In this document: positions 1 to 9,297 of the stretch, piece by piece
Numbering within the stretch: the stretch's first letter is position 1
Layout: the number at the start of each line of letters is the position of its first letter
The notes under the pieces: model-generated
Databases searched by the model: none
Told to the model about the DNA's origin: nothing
The model's input: only the letters and a program-made list of their open reading frames with translations
Program-made: the position numbers and the translations under genes
Virus record (IMG/VR): IMGVR_UViG_3300044701_002547
Coordinates: 32,001-96,000 of that record
Strand: one strand, 5' to 3'
DNA from: a virus
Length of the DNA stretch: 64,000 nt

Positions 1-608
1 AAGCAAGAAGTTCTTTAGCAGCAACCTCAAGTAGTTCTTATGGTTACTTTGTTGGTGGTTATGGTTCTTTTACCTATGTTTGCACCATTGACCGTCTAGA
101 TTTCTCCACAGAAACCGTAACAACACCAGGACCTAAATTATCTCAAGCAAGAGGTGCTTTAGCAGCAGTCTCAAATAGTTCTTATGGTTATTTTGGTGGT
201 GGTGCTTTTCTTCCCGCTTATGTTTGTACCATTGACCGTCTAGATTTTTCCACAGAAACCGTCACAGTCCCAACACCTAAGTTATCTCAAGCAAGAACTA
301 CTTCAGCAACCTCAAGTAGTTCTTATGGTTACTTTGGTGGTGGTAATACTGGTATTGCTATTTCCACCATAGACCGTTTAGATTTTTCTACCGAAACCGT
401 AACAGTACCAACACCTAAGTTATCTCAGGCAAGAGATGCTTTAGCAGCAACCTCAAGTAGTTCTTATGGTTACTTTGGTGGTGGTTTTGCTCCTCCTTCT
501 GTTTGTACCATTGACCGTCTAGATTTCTCCACAGAAACCGTAACAACATCAATACCTCAATTACCTCAATCAAGAAGTTTTTTAGCAGCAACCTCAAACT
601 CAAACTAA
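1..608 (+). CDS. 3' end of a Kelch-like/beta-propeller tandem-repeat protein (5' end outside window)
   Basis: Frame 3 is open from the window edge to TAA at 606-608. About four 47-48 aa repeats, SSSYGYFGGG-(variable)-TIDRLDFSTETVT..P.LSQAR..LAA. Not in the ORF track. Confidence 0.8.
   Translation, partial: ARSSLAATSSSSYGYFVGGYGSFTYVCTIDRLDFSTETVTTPGPKLSQARGALAAVSNSSYGYFGGGAFLPAYVCTIDRLDFSTETVTVPTPKLSQARTTSATSSSSYGYFGGGNTGIAISTIDRLDFSTETVTVPTPKLSQARDALAATSSSSYGYFGGGFAPPSVCTIDRLDFSTETVTTSIPQLPQSRSFLAATSNSN
27..600 (+). repeat. Intragenic direct repeats of 141-144 nt
   Basis: tcaa(g/a)tagttcttatggtta recurs at 27, 171, 312 and 453; gaccgt(c/t)tagattt recurs in each unit. Confidence 0.9.
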
Positions 609-632
609 ATAAGATACTTACATCATTTTGAT

Positions 633-1295
633 ATGAATGATTTACTTTCTAATGTTCTAATTCAACCAAAGGTTCTTACACCAGAGGCAATTGAGTTTCT
701 TATTCATCACGCAAAGAATTCTCATCAGGAACAGATGGGAGTTTTTGACCCAGACAAAGCAAATCAAACTGGAGAAGATCATCCGGGAAAAATTGATTTA
801 AAATCAAGAAATGTAAAGGCAGCAGATATTGAAACTATCATTCCTCAAATCAAAGAACTCTATGATAATATAGTTCATCACGTAATCAATCCTTTTTATG
901 GATTCAAAATCAAAGATAGTGAAATGCCGCAACTATTGGTCTATAATCCAGGAGGACACTACCAGGCACACTATGATGCCGTAGCAAAATGGAAGTGTCC
1001 TGATGGAAATATCATCTGGAAGAAGTCTATAGACCGTGATGTATCTACAGTTCTTTTTCTCAACGATGACTTTGAGGGTGGAAACTTTGTATTCCCAGAT
1101 CTCCGAGTAACCATTCGTCCAGAACCAGGACTTCTAGTTGCCTTTCCATCTTCTCAGTTCTTTGCTCATAAAGTAGAACCAGTCATCTCAGGAACTCGTT
1201 ATACGATGGTCAATTGGATGACCGTTCAAGGATTTAAGACGAAAGCAGAGCAAGACAAAGAATTACAAGATAAATATGGAGTAAAGGTATCTTAG
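633..1295 (+). CDS. 2OG-Fe(II) oxygenase, prolyl 4-hydroxylase-like
   Basis: HYD (HxD), FLNDDFEGG, FPS...HKVEPV.SGTRY motifs; late-type ctaaata at 605-611. Confidence 0.9.
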   Translation: MNDLLSNVLIQPKVLTPEAIEFLIHHAKNSHQEQMGVFDPDKANQTGEDHPGKIDLKSRNVKAADIETIIPQIKELYDNIVHHVINPFYGFKIKDSEMPQLLVYNPGGHYQAHYDAVAKWKCPDGNIIWKKSIDRDVSTVLFLNDDFEGGNFVFPDLRVTIRPEPGLLVAFPSSQFFAHKVEPVISGTRYTMVNWMTVQGFKTKAEQDKELQDKYGVKVS

Positions 1296-1870
1296 TTGGT
1301 AAGTAAGGTATAGCACTTATCATTTCGGTCATAAGCATAGTCAGCATACTGACCATTTTTTCTAACAAAGTGTAGGAACAACTGCATAAAGCGGTCATTC
1401 TCGTGAGTTCTCAAAGGACTTCTCCAGTGAGGTACAATCGTTCCAAGATAAGCAAGACCATCTCCAACTGGTGTGACGACTTCTCTTCTTTTACCAGTCA
1501 GGTCTTTGAGTTTGATAGGCCACGCAGCATCACCACAAATATTCATCGTGACTGAAATTTCACAAGATGGGCGGTCAGTATGACAGTTCATCCATCCACC
1601 TTTATGATAAGTTGTAGAGAACCAATAAGATGGGATGAGTTCTTCTCCAAGTAGTTCTTCTAGAATTGGTTGAACTCTTTTCATTACAAAAGCACAAGAA
1701 GGTGGAGCATAACAAGTCAATACTCTACCTCTCTCTGGATCCCAGTGTCCTTCAAGAGAACCTAAGTCACTCATCGCACCACAGAGATTTTGATACTTGA
1801 TACTAATTGCTTCTTCTGGTGTAATAATTTTAGGAAGATAATACCAACCTTTTCTTACAAACTCACTCAT
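1292..1870 (-). CDS. 2OG-Fe(II) oxygenase
   Basis: HTDRPSCEISVT, PVGDGLAYLG..VPHWR, QLFLHFV motifs. Confidence 0.85.
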   Translation of the reverse strand: MSEFVRKGWYYLPKIITPEEAISIKYQNLCGAMSDLGSLEGHWDPERGRVLTCYAPPSCAFVMKRVQPILEELLGEELIPSYWFSTTYHKGGWMNCHTDRPSCEISVTMNICGDAAWPIKLKDLTGKRREVVTPVGDGLAYLGTIVPHWRSPLRTHENDRFMQLFLHFVRKNGQYADYAYDRNDKCYTLLTN

Positions 1871-1948
1871 ACTTATAATTACTTTATAGTATGTATTCTA
1901 CCATAAATACATAAAAGTTTGTTGTAGTATAATTTTTGGAATTATAAA

Positions 1949-2830
1949 ATGCCAACCAATCTTTCTACATTTTTAAGTTCTAATTTTGATGGTGCTCAAG
2001 GTACTCAAGGTATTCAGGGAACACAAGGCACGCAAGGAATTCAAGGAACTCAAGGTATTACTGGTTCTCAAGGTACTCAAGGAATCCAGGGCATTCAAGG
2101 AATCCAGGGCATTCAAGGTACTCAAGGAATCCAGGGCATTCAAGGTCTTGGTCCAACAGTAAATGTTGTTGTTTATGATACAGGTTCCAACGCAACTTAT
2201 ACTGCTCCCGCAGGATTGATACAGGCTTTGGTTCATGTAACTGGAGGCGGTGGAGGAGGTGGTGGTGCTGACGGGGCTGATACTGCCTCTGGTTCTGGTG
2301 GCGGTGGTGGTGGAGCAGGAGGAACTGCAATCAAATTATACACTGCCGCAGAAGTAGGGGCAACTGCAACTTATACTGTAGGCGCTGCTGGTGGTGCTGG
2401 TGCTGCAGCAGGCGGAACATCAGGAACCGCAGGAGGAAACAGTTTCTTTATTCCTGTTGGTGCTGGTTCTTCAATTACAGGACTTGGTGGTGCGTTAGGA
2501 TCTGGTGGAGGTGCTCCTGGTGTTGGTGCCGCTGGTCTTGGAGGACTTGGAGGTAGTGCTACGGGTGGAGATATAAATATTCCTGGTGGTGGTGGTGGTT
2601 CTGGGGCGGGTGATGATGTTGCCGAAATTGCTGTTGGTGGAGTTGGGGGGGGATCTTATTGGGGAGGAGGTGGTAGAGGAGGAGCAGCTCAAGGTGGTGC
2701 AGTTTCTGCAGGCACTGCATCTGTAACTTATGGTGCTGGTGGAGGAGGTGCTGCGAATATAGATAGTACAACTGGTGCTGCTGGAGGTGTTGGAGATACT
2801 GGTGTCATTTATATTGTAGAATATACATAA
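1949..2830 (+). CDS. Collagen-like (G-X-Q) plus glycine-rich domain protein, probable fibre
   Basis: (QGT/QGI)n triplets, then a GGGGGG-rich domain ending GVIYIVEY; ataaata at ~1903. Confidence 0.8.
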   Translation: MPTNLSTFLSSNFDGAQGTQGIQGTQGTQGIQGTQGITGSQGTQGIQGIQGIQGIQGTQGIQGIQGLGPTVNVVVYDTGSNATYTAPAGLIQALVHVTGGGGGGGGADGADTASGSGGGGGGAGGTAIKLYTAAEVGATATYTVGAAGGAGAAAGGTSGTAGGNSFFIPVGAGSSITGLGGALGSGGGAPGVGAAGLGGLGGSATGGDINIPGGGGGSGAGDDVAEIAVGGVGGGSYWGGGGRGGAAQGGAVSAGTASVTYGAGGGGAANIDSTTGAAGGVGDTGVIYIVEYT

Positions 2831-2831
2831 A

Positions 2832-3719
2832 ATGCCGACAAATCTTTCTAATTTTTTAAGTTCTAATTTTCAGGGAACTCAAGGTGTTCAAGGTATTCAA
2901 GGTACTTTGGGAACTCAAGGTATTATGGGTATTCAGGGGATTTCTGTAGTAACTCAAGGTATTCAAGGTATTCAAGGTATTCAAGGTATTCAAGGTATTC
3001 AAGGTATTCAAGGTATTCAAGGAATCAAAGGGGATCATTTATTAGGACTTCAAGTTTATACCACAGGATCTGGTGCAACCTATACTGCGCCGACAGGATT
3101 GAAGAAAGCAATAGTTTATGTAACAGGCGGTGGAGCAGGTGGAGGTGGCGCTGATGGTGCTGCTGCAGACACATCCAATGGAACTGGAGGTGGTGGCGGT
3201 GGTGCTGGTGGAACTGTAATTAAAGTTTATACCGCAGCAGAAATGGGAGCAACTGCCACTTATACTGTAGGATCAAATGGTACTGGCGGATCTGAAACAG
3301 GAGGTACTGATGGAACTGCAGGAGGAAATACTACCTTTGATCCCGCCGGAACAGGTGCAACTCTAACTGCAAATGGTGGTGCGTTAGGATCTGGTGGGGG
3401 AGCACCGTCAACTGGTGGTACTGGTCTTGGAGGACTTGGAGGTAGTGCTACGGGTGGAGATATAAACATTCCGGGTGGTGACGGTGGTTCGGGAGTAGGT
3501 AATGATGTTGCCGAAATTGCTATAGGAGGTATGGGAGGTTCATCATATTGGGGAGGAGGTGGTAGAGGAGGAGCAGCTCAAGGTGGTGCAGTTTCTGCAG
3601 GCACTGCATCTGTAACTTATGGTGCTGGTGGAGGAGGTGCTGCTAATATAGATACTAGTGCAGGATCTGCCGGTGGTGATGGAATTGGTGGTGTTATTTA
3701 CATACTAGAATACTTATAG
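2832..3719 (+). CDS. Paralogous collagen-like plus glycine-rich domain protein
   Basis: Same MPTNLS.FLSSNF start and architecture as the preceding gene. Confidence 0.8.
   Translation: MPTNLSNFLSSNFQGTQGVQGIQGTLGTQGIMGIQGISVVTQGIQGIQGIQGIQGIQGIQGIQGIKGDHLLGLQVYTTGSGATYTAPTGLKKAIVYVTGGGAGGGGADGAAADTSNGTGGGGGGAGGTVIKVYTAAEMGATATYTVGSNGTGGSETGGTDGTAGGNTTFDPAGTGATLTANGGALGSGGGAPSTGGTGLGGLGGSATGGDINIPGGDGGSGVGNDVAEIAIGGMGGSSYWGGGGRGGAAQGGAVSAGTASVTYGAGGGGAANIDTSAGSAGGDGIGGVIYILEYL
2955..3017 (+). repeat. Perfect 9-nt tandem repeat (caaggtatt)x7 encoding (QGI)7
   Basis: Read directly from the sequence. Confidence 0.95.
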
Positions 3720-3723
3720 AAAA

Positions 3724-4104
3724 ATGAGAGTTTGTCTTTTAGATACAGTTACAAAAAAAGTTATCAATGTTGTTTCTCTGAATAGTCCAGAGGAACATAA
3801 TCCAACACCAGGAATTGAAGTTGCTCCACAGCACGATGGAGATATTGGTTGGACTTGGACTGAATCTGGATGGGTTTATCCACAACCACCAGAACCAACA
3901 TTAGAAGAACTTGCAGAAAAACAGAGAGAACTTAGAGATAAGTGGTTAAGAATTTATGTGGATAAAATTAATGCAATACGATGGGAAGCATTTACTCAAC
4001 AACAAAAAAATGATTGGATTGCTTATCGCCAAGCACTCTTAGATGTTCCACAACAGGAAGAGTTCCCCAATACTATTAATTGGCCTATTCCACCTGAACT
4101 ATAA
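3724..4104 (+). CDS. Tail fibre assembly chaperone-like protein
   Basis: C-terminal W.AYRQALLDVPQQ..FP..INWP.PP motif; follows the fibre genes. Confidence 0.75.
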   Translation: MRVCLLDTVTKKVINVVSLNSPEEHNPTPGIEVAPQHDGDIGWTWTESGWVYPQPPEPTLEELAEKQRELRDKWLRIYVDKINAIRWEAFTQQQKNDWIAYRQALLDVPQQEEFPNTINWPIPPEL

Positions 4105-4123
4105 ATATTAAAAAAACACGAGA

Positions 4124-5749
4124 ATGAATAACTATTCTAAAATTCTACATCATACTAGTCCATCCAAAAAGAAAACAACTCCTAAAAGTTCTTCAAGTAA
4201 GAAAAGAACTTTTGAGGAGTATGAAGCAGATCAGAAAAAAACAGAAGTAGATAAATTACAGGAAAAAACAGAAGAACTTCAAAGAAATGTTCAGTTTCTT
4301 GAAAATTATATTGTAAATCATCACGACGAAGTTTATGAACTTCGCCAAGAACTCAAAAATCAAGTAATACCTATACCAAAACAACAATTAAATGAAGGTT
4401 TGCTCAATGAACCTCCAGAAATAAAAAACAGTGATCCACTTACACCCCTAGATCAACAATTTGTAACTGTTCAACAACTTAACGATCATTATCAACTTTT
4501 CATTAATCGTATCCAACAGCAGATGGCAACGATTGGTGGAGGTGGTGAAACTCAGTTCAAGTTTCTTGATGACGTTGTAAATTTTATTTTCGTCGGGACT
4601 ATAAATGATCTCCCAAGTCCAGTAAATGGTGTAATCAATCTTAAAGATAACTACACTTATTTCTTCACAACAACTGTAGATTTAAATGGTAATCGTTTAG
4701 TTGCTGGAGATAACACAACTATTCTTGGTGGATCATCTGAGAACTGTAGAATTAAATCTACTGGTATTGCTACTGATGTCGCTTTGTTGAGTAGTGTTTA
4801 TTCTCTTCCAATCAGAAACATTACTCTTGAAGCACCTTATGCAATCAATCTTCAAGCATCTATTCCTTCAGTTCATGCACTTGATTGGTTCGGAGTTAAT
4901 TTTACCAACTGTGCAAAGGTAGGTATTATTTCTTCCTATAACAACTTCATTATGCTTGATGGTGCATTTCTTAACTCTCAAGACTTAACTTTTGATGGGA
5001 CAACTGGTACAGTAGGATTTAATCAGTGTCTTTTCACTGGAAACTTTGGATTAGGTGGTTCAAAATCTATTCTCAATTTTCCAAATACTTTTAGTTGCAC
5101 TCGTCGTATTCGCGCAACAACTTGCTCTTTTGTTGTTCCATCTGGATATACTGGCATTACAGTTCAAGATGGAGTAAATTTTGCTATTGCAGAAAGTTTT
5201 ATTCTTCAAACTTGTAACTTCTCAGGTCCAGGAACAAAACTTGGAATTAGTACTCATACCAACATAGATGGTAGAGATGCCTTTTTTGATTCGAACAGAG
5301 GTATTGATAATAGTTTTGTAATCGGGCAGTATTATATGAAGGATAATGCCACTCAAACTTCTTTTGCATCTACAGATACCTATACTAAGATTGCTGGTAT
5401 TACAACAACTGCAGGTGCAAGAAACTCAAAATTTACTCATACAGATAATCGTTTAACTTGCATTGCTGGAGTTGAAAGAGAATATCTTACTCAGGTCACT
5501 TTAACATTAGTTCCAAGCGAATATACGAATTTTAAAGTTGCTATCTATGATAGTTCTAATGGTGGGGAATATTTGACAGCATCGGAAGTTACAATGGAAG
5601 GAACACAAGGAGATACAAGATCTGTTACTCTTACTGATGTCCATAAACATAATCTAAATGATTATGTTGAGATTCATATATCAAATCTTGAGGATACGAA
5701 CCCAATCACAGTAACAGATTTAAATGTTTTAGTCACTCAGTTAGGATAA
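4124..5749 (+). CDS. Hypothetical structural protein (coiled-coil N-terminus, GGGGE linker, beta-rich C-terminus)
   Basis: 541-aa ORF; TATAAATA late promoter at ~4100. Confidence 0.6.
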   Translation: MNNYSKILHHTSPSKKKTTPKSSSSKKRTFEEYEADQKKTEVDKLQEKTEELQRNVQFLENYIVNHHDEVYELRQELKNQVIPIPKQQLNEGLLNEPPEIKNSDPLTPLDQQFVTVQQLNDHYQLFINRIQQQMATIGGGGETQFKFLDDVVNFIFVGTINDLPSPVNGVINLKDNYTYFFTTTVDLNGNRLVAGDNTTILGGSSENCRIKSTGIATDVALLSSVYSLPIRNITLEAPYAINLQASIPSVHALDWFGVNFTNCAKVGIISSYNNFIMLDGAFLNSQDLTFDGTTGTVGFNQCLFTGNFGLGGSKSILNFPNTFSCTRRIRATTCSFVVPSGYTGITVQDGVNFAIAESFILQTCNFSGPGTKLGISTHTNIDGRDAFFDSNRGIDNSFVIGQYYMKDNATQTSFASTDTYTKIAGITTTAGARNSKFTHTDNRLTCIAGVEREYLTQVTLTLVPSEYTNFKVAIYDSSNGGEYLTASEVTMEGTQGDTRSVTLTDVHKHNLNDYVEIHISNLEDTNPITVTDLNVLVTQLG

Positions 5750-5779
5750 TAAATACTCTCAAGAACTCATTATGTTTTT

Positions 5780-6757
5780 ATGAACTTCGTAAAACTTGCC
5801 TTAGATAATGGTGGTTCAATTCACCCACTCATAATTCCAGCAGAATATACTAATGGAACTGGAATTATGAATCCTTCCATCTTTGTAGATGGAGATAAGA
5901 TAAGAGTAATCATTCGCCACGTTAATTATACCTTCTATCATTCTGAAAAAAAATTATTTCAACATCAATGGGGTCCTTTGACTTATGTGCATCCTGAGAA
6001 TGATATGCACTTAAGAACTCATAATTATTATTGCGAACTGGATGATAATTACTCTATCACTAGGTTCAATAAAATTGATACCTCAAAATTTCCTGATAAA
6101 GAACTTTGGGATTTTGTTGGTTTAGAGGATGCAAGAATTTTTAAATGGAACGAGAAACTTTATATCTCAGGTGTGAGGAGAGACTTAGATACAATTGGAA
6201 CGGGGAGAATGGAACTCTGTGAAATTGTTGTCTCTGAAAATACTGTGGAGGAAGTAGATAGATTCCGCATTCCACCACCAAATGATCCGAATTCTTACTG
6301 TGAAAAGAATTGGATGCCAATTCTTGATATGCCATTTCATTATGTGAAGTGGTCCAATCCAACAGAAGTGGTTAAAGTGGATCCTGAAACACAAACTTCG
6401 ACTACAGTTCATATGGCAGATATGATTCCTCTTCCTAGAGATTTGCGTGGGGGATCACAGGTTCTTACTGTTGGAGACCATTATATAACTTGTACTCATG
6501 AAGTTGATTTATTCAATAGTGAGGTTGGAAGAAAGGATGCAAGATACTATCATCGTTTTATAGTCTGGGACAAGAATTGGAATATTACTCTTCATACTAA
6601 AGAATTTAATTTTATGGATGGTGATGTTGAGTTCTGTGTAGGAATGGCAAAACATAATGGAAATTTTTTAATGACCTTTGGATTTCAGGATAACGCTGCT
6701 TATCTACTTAAAGTTCCTGAAGATTTTATGGAGAAGTTTATAAATGAGAATAGTTGA
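5780..6757 (+). CDS. Five-bladed beta-propeller glycoside hydrolase-like protein (GH43/GH130 clan)
   Basis: NPSI, GLEDARI, EKNWMP, LRGGSQ, EFCVG motifs. Confidence 0.6.
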   Translation: MNFVKLALDNGGSIHPLIIPAEYTNGTGIMNPSIFVDGDKIRVIIRHVNYTFYHSEKKLFQHQWGPLTYVHPENDMHLRTHNYYCELDDNYSITRFNKIDTSKFPDKELWDFVGLEDARIFKWNEKLYISGVRRDLDTIGTGRMELCEIVVSENTVEEVDRFRIPPPNDPNSYCEKNWMPILDMPFHYVKWSNPTEVVKVDPETQTSTTVHMADMIPLPRDLRGGSQVLTVGDHYITCTHEVDLFNSEVGRKDARYYHRFIVWDKNWNITLHTKEFNFMDGDVEFCVGMAKHNGNFLMTFGFQDNAAYLLKVPEDFMEKFINENS

Positions 6758-7610
6758 TTGTTTTCCTTATTTCAACGAGAAAGAATTATTAGAACTTCGA
6801 ATTAATCTACTTTATGATAAGGTAGATCAGTTTATTATTTGTGATGCGAATAAAACTCATAAAGGAGATTCGAAATCTTTTACTTGTAAAGAGACTCTTG
6901 AAAACCTTGGCCTATTATCGGATAAAATTCAAGTCCTGGAATTGGATTTACCTTCTTATGAGAAGGAACCAAATGCTTGGGTAAGAGAAAGAATGCAGAG
7001 AAATGTTGCAGCAAACCTTATACAAGATGATGATATTTTTATCGTAGGGGACTGTGATGAAATCATCAATCCAGATTTTGTTGAGTATTACGCAAATGTG
7101 GCAAAACAAAATCCAAATAATATTTTAAGAATTCCTATGATATTCTTAAATGGTAGAGCAGACCTAAGAGTTTATGGACCTAATAATCAACCTGTTCCCT
7201 GGGGAGCTGCTTTTTTGTGTATGAAACATCATTTGCAAAGATATACTCTCTCTGATATTCGTGAGTCTTATGCTCTGTGTAAAAATGATATTGTGTATTC
7301 TGATGTCTTTACATATGATAATGGAATCGTAGAAGATGCTGGTTGGCATTTTAGTTGGATGGGAGATTTAAATAGATTAAAAATCAAACAGGAATCTTTC
7401 CTTCACTGGGATGAAGTATCGCTCCAAAATAATTTTGAAGCAAAAGAAAACTCTACAGATTGTTTGGGGAGAAAAGATCATATCTTAAAAAAATATTCAG
7501 TTAATCTCTTGCCTCAAAAAATATTTGAACTTAAGACAGTTCAAGAGTTTTTATTTCAGTCAAGTTCAAATCAAGTAAAGGAAAAGTATTCGCATTTGTT
7601 TATATCATGA
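6744..7610 (+). CDS. Glycosyltransferase family 17 (GlcNAc transferase-like)
   Basis: IVDCFPYFNEKELLELR, WVRE..QRN, GDCDEI, GWHFSWMG. Confidence 0.85.
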   Translation: MRIVDCFPYFNEKELLELRINLLYDKVDQFIICDANKTHKGDSKSFTCKETLENLGLLSDKIQVLELDLPSYEKEPNAWVRERMQRNVAANLIQDDDIFIVGDCDEIINPDFVEYYANVAKQNPNNILRIPMIFLNGRADLRVYGPNNQPVPWGAAFLCMKHHLQRYTLSDIRESYALCKNDIVYSDVFTYDNGIVEDAGWHFSWMGDLNRLKIKQESFLHWDEVSLQNNFEAKENSTDCLGRKDHILKKYSVNLLPQKIFELKTVQEFLFQSSSNQVKEKYSHLFIS

Positions 7611-8596
7611 GAGTAGGATTTCATAGTTTTCAAATGGGTCAACGGGGGACAGAGATATGTCTTCATAAGTATGCGAAGTACAATAGAGAAATCTTAGGAA
7701 ATGAATCTGTAATCATTTCTTCAATCGCACATCCAACATATTGTTTAGATAGATTCAAAGACTTTGATGTTATTTTATATCCAGAGTATTGGATCAACGA
7801 CGGAAGAAATGATGCTCTTCGACAAAAGTTAGAATTGATTTGTGATCGAAATAAGATTGATGCATTTTATGCCATTAAGATGGGAGAGAATGATGGAATT
7901 ATGCCAACGAACGTGAAGACTTTAACTCATTGTGTCTTCAGAATGGATGATCCACACGGTACAGTTTATGCTGGAGTTTGTAAGTATATGTCAGATAAAC
8001 ACGGTGGAGTACATCCATACGTTCATCATATTTTGGAAAAAGATGCCCCACATATTGAAGATGATTTGAGAGAAGAACTTGGAATTCCAAAGGGAGATTT
8101 AGTTCTCGGAAGACACGGTGGATATGAAACTTTTAATCTTGACTTTACTTATGGTGCTATTTCCAGAGCACTCAGTTCTAGAAAAGATCTTTGGTTTGTT
8201 TTTCTGAATACCAAAGAGTTCATTCAGCACGAAAGAGTCATCTATCTTCCTTGGACTATGGATGTAGAATACAAGTCTAGATTTGTGAATACTTGCGATG
8301 CTATGATGCACGGAAGACTTGATGGTGAAGTTTTTAGTTTGTCTCTTGCCGAATTTTCATTTCGGAATAAACCGATTATCACTTGGAATCCTGTAGAAGT
8401 TCCTTGGTATTATGATGTCGGACACATATATTTGATGAAAGATAGCGCAATATATTACCAGGATGAGAACGAACTATATACAATACTTACTAACTTAGAT
8501 CAGAACAAAATTAAAGATTACGATTGGGGTGAGTATTGTTATTCTTATACTAAGGAAAGTGTTATGGAAGAATTTAATGAGGTATTTTTAAAATGA
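7607..8596 (+). CDS. GT-B fold glycosyltransferase (GT4-like)
   Basis: RGTE near the N-terminus, LREELGIP, CDAMMHGR.DGEVFSLSLAEF...KPII. Confidence 0.75.
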   Translation: MRVGFHSFQMGQRGTEICLHKYAKYNREILGNESVIISSIAHPTYCLDRFKDFDVILYPEYWINDGRNDALRQKLELICDRNKIDAFYAIKMGENDGIMPTNVKTLTHCVFRMDDPHGTVYAGVCKYMSDKHGGVHPYVHHILEKDAPHIEDDLREELGIPKGDLVLGRHGGYETFNLDFTYGAISRALSSRKDLWFVFLNTKEFIQHERVIYLPWTMDVEYKSRFVNTCDAMMHGRLDGEVFSLSLAEFSFRNKPIITWNPVEVPWYYDVGHIYLMKDSAIYYQDENELYTILTNLDQNKIKDYDWGEYCYSYTKESVMEEFNEVFLK

Positions 8597-9288
8597 TTTT
8601 GGCAAAAAACTTATCACACATCAATACAAATCATAATTTAGCATTTAATTATCTTCAATCTCTCTTTGATATTAATGATCATAAACATAGAGTTCTTGAT
8701 ATTGGGGCAGGAGCAAATCCTTGGGCAATTGAATGGATTACTCACGTTGTAGATAATTTTTTAGAACCTAAAGATATTAGTAATGTATCTAAAAATGAGA
8801 TTAAAATTTTCAAAGTAGATATTGATGATCCAAGAGAATGGAATGTTGTATTAGAAGATGTTGAAAAGAACGGTAAGTTTGATTTTGTAATCTGTAGTCA
8901 TACTCTTGAGGATGTTAATAATCCAAAAATAACTTGTGAAATGATTAATCATATTGGCAAGGCTGGATTTATTAGTATGCCTTCAAAATATACTGAACTA
9001 GTTACATTTGAATATAAATCAAATTGTGGATTACCTTACAAAGGATACCATCATCATAGATGGATATATCAACTTAATAATGACACCTTGATTGGATTTC
9101 CTAAAATGAATTTTCATGATTATATTCAATTTGATTTTGATAAACAGAAGGCAATTGCTTCTGAAATTGCTTTTTTGTGGAAAGATAGTTTCAATTATGA
9201 ATTCGTAATTCCACATCAAATGCTTGATAATAGAATAGGACCAAACAAACTTTTAGATCTTTTTGAAGACGACGATCTTGTACTTTGA
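8593..9288 (+). CDS. Class I SAM-dependent methyltransferase
   Basis: VLDIGAG and FDFVICSHTLED motifs. Confidence 0.8.
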   Translation: MILAKNLSHINTNHNLAFNYLQSLFDINDHKHRVLDIGAGANPWAIEWITHVVDNFLEPKDISNVSKNEIKIFKVDIDDPREWNVVLEDVEKNGKFDFVICSHTLEDVNNPKITCEMINHIGKAGFISMPSKYTELVTFEYKSNCGLPYKGYHHHRWIYQLNNDTLIGFPKMNFHDYIQFDFDKQKAIASEIAFLWKDSFNYEFVIPHQMLDNRIGPNKLLDLFEDDDLVL

Positions 9289-9297
9289 GGTATTGAA

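Noticed and set aside
1-608. CRISPR array or DGR template/variable repeats
   Set aside because: Units are in-frame protein repeats; differences include indels and are not adenine-specific; no cas or reverse transcriptase gene in the window.
1973-3469. Minus-strand ORFs over the collagen/glycine-rich genes
   Set aside because: Shadows of low-complexity repeats; the same applies to 43917-44353.
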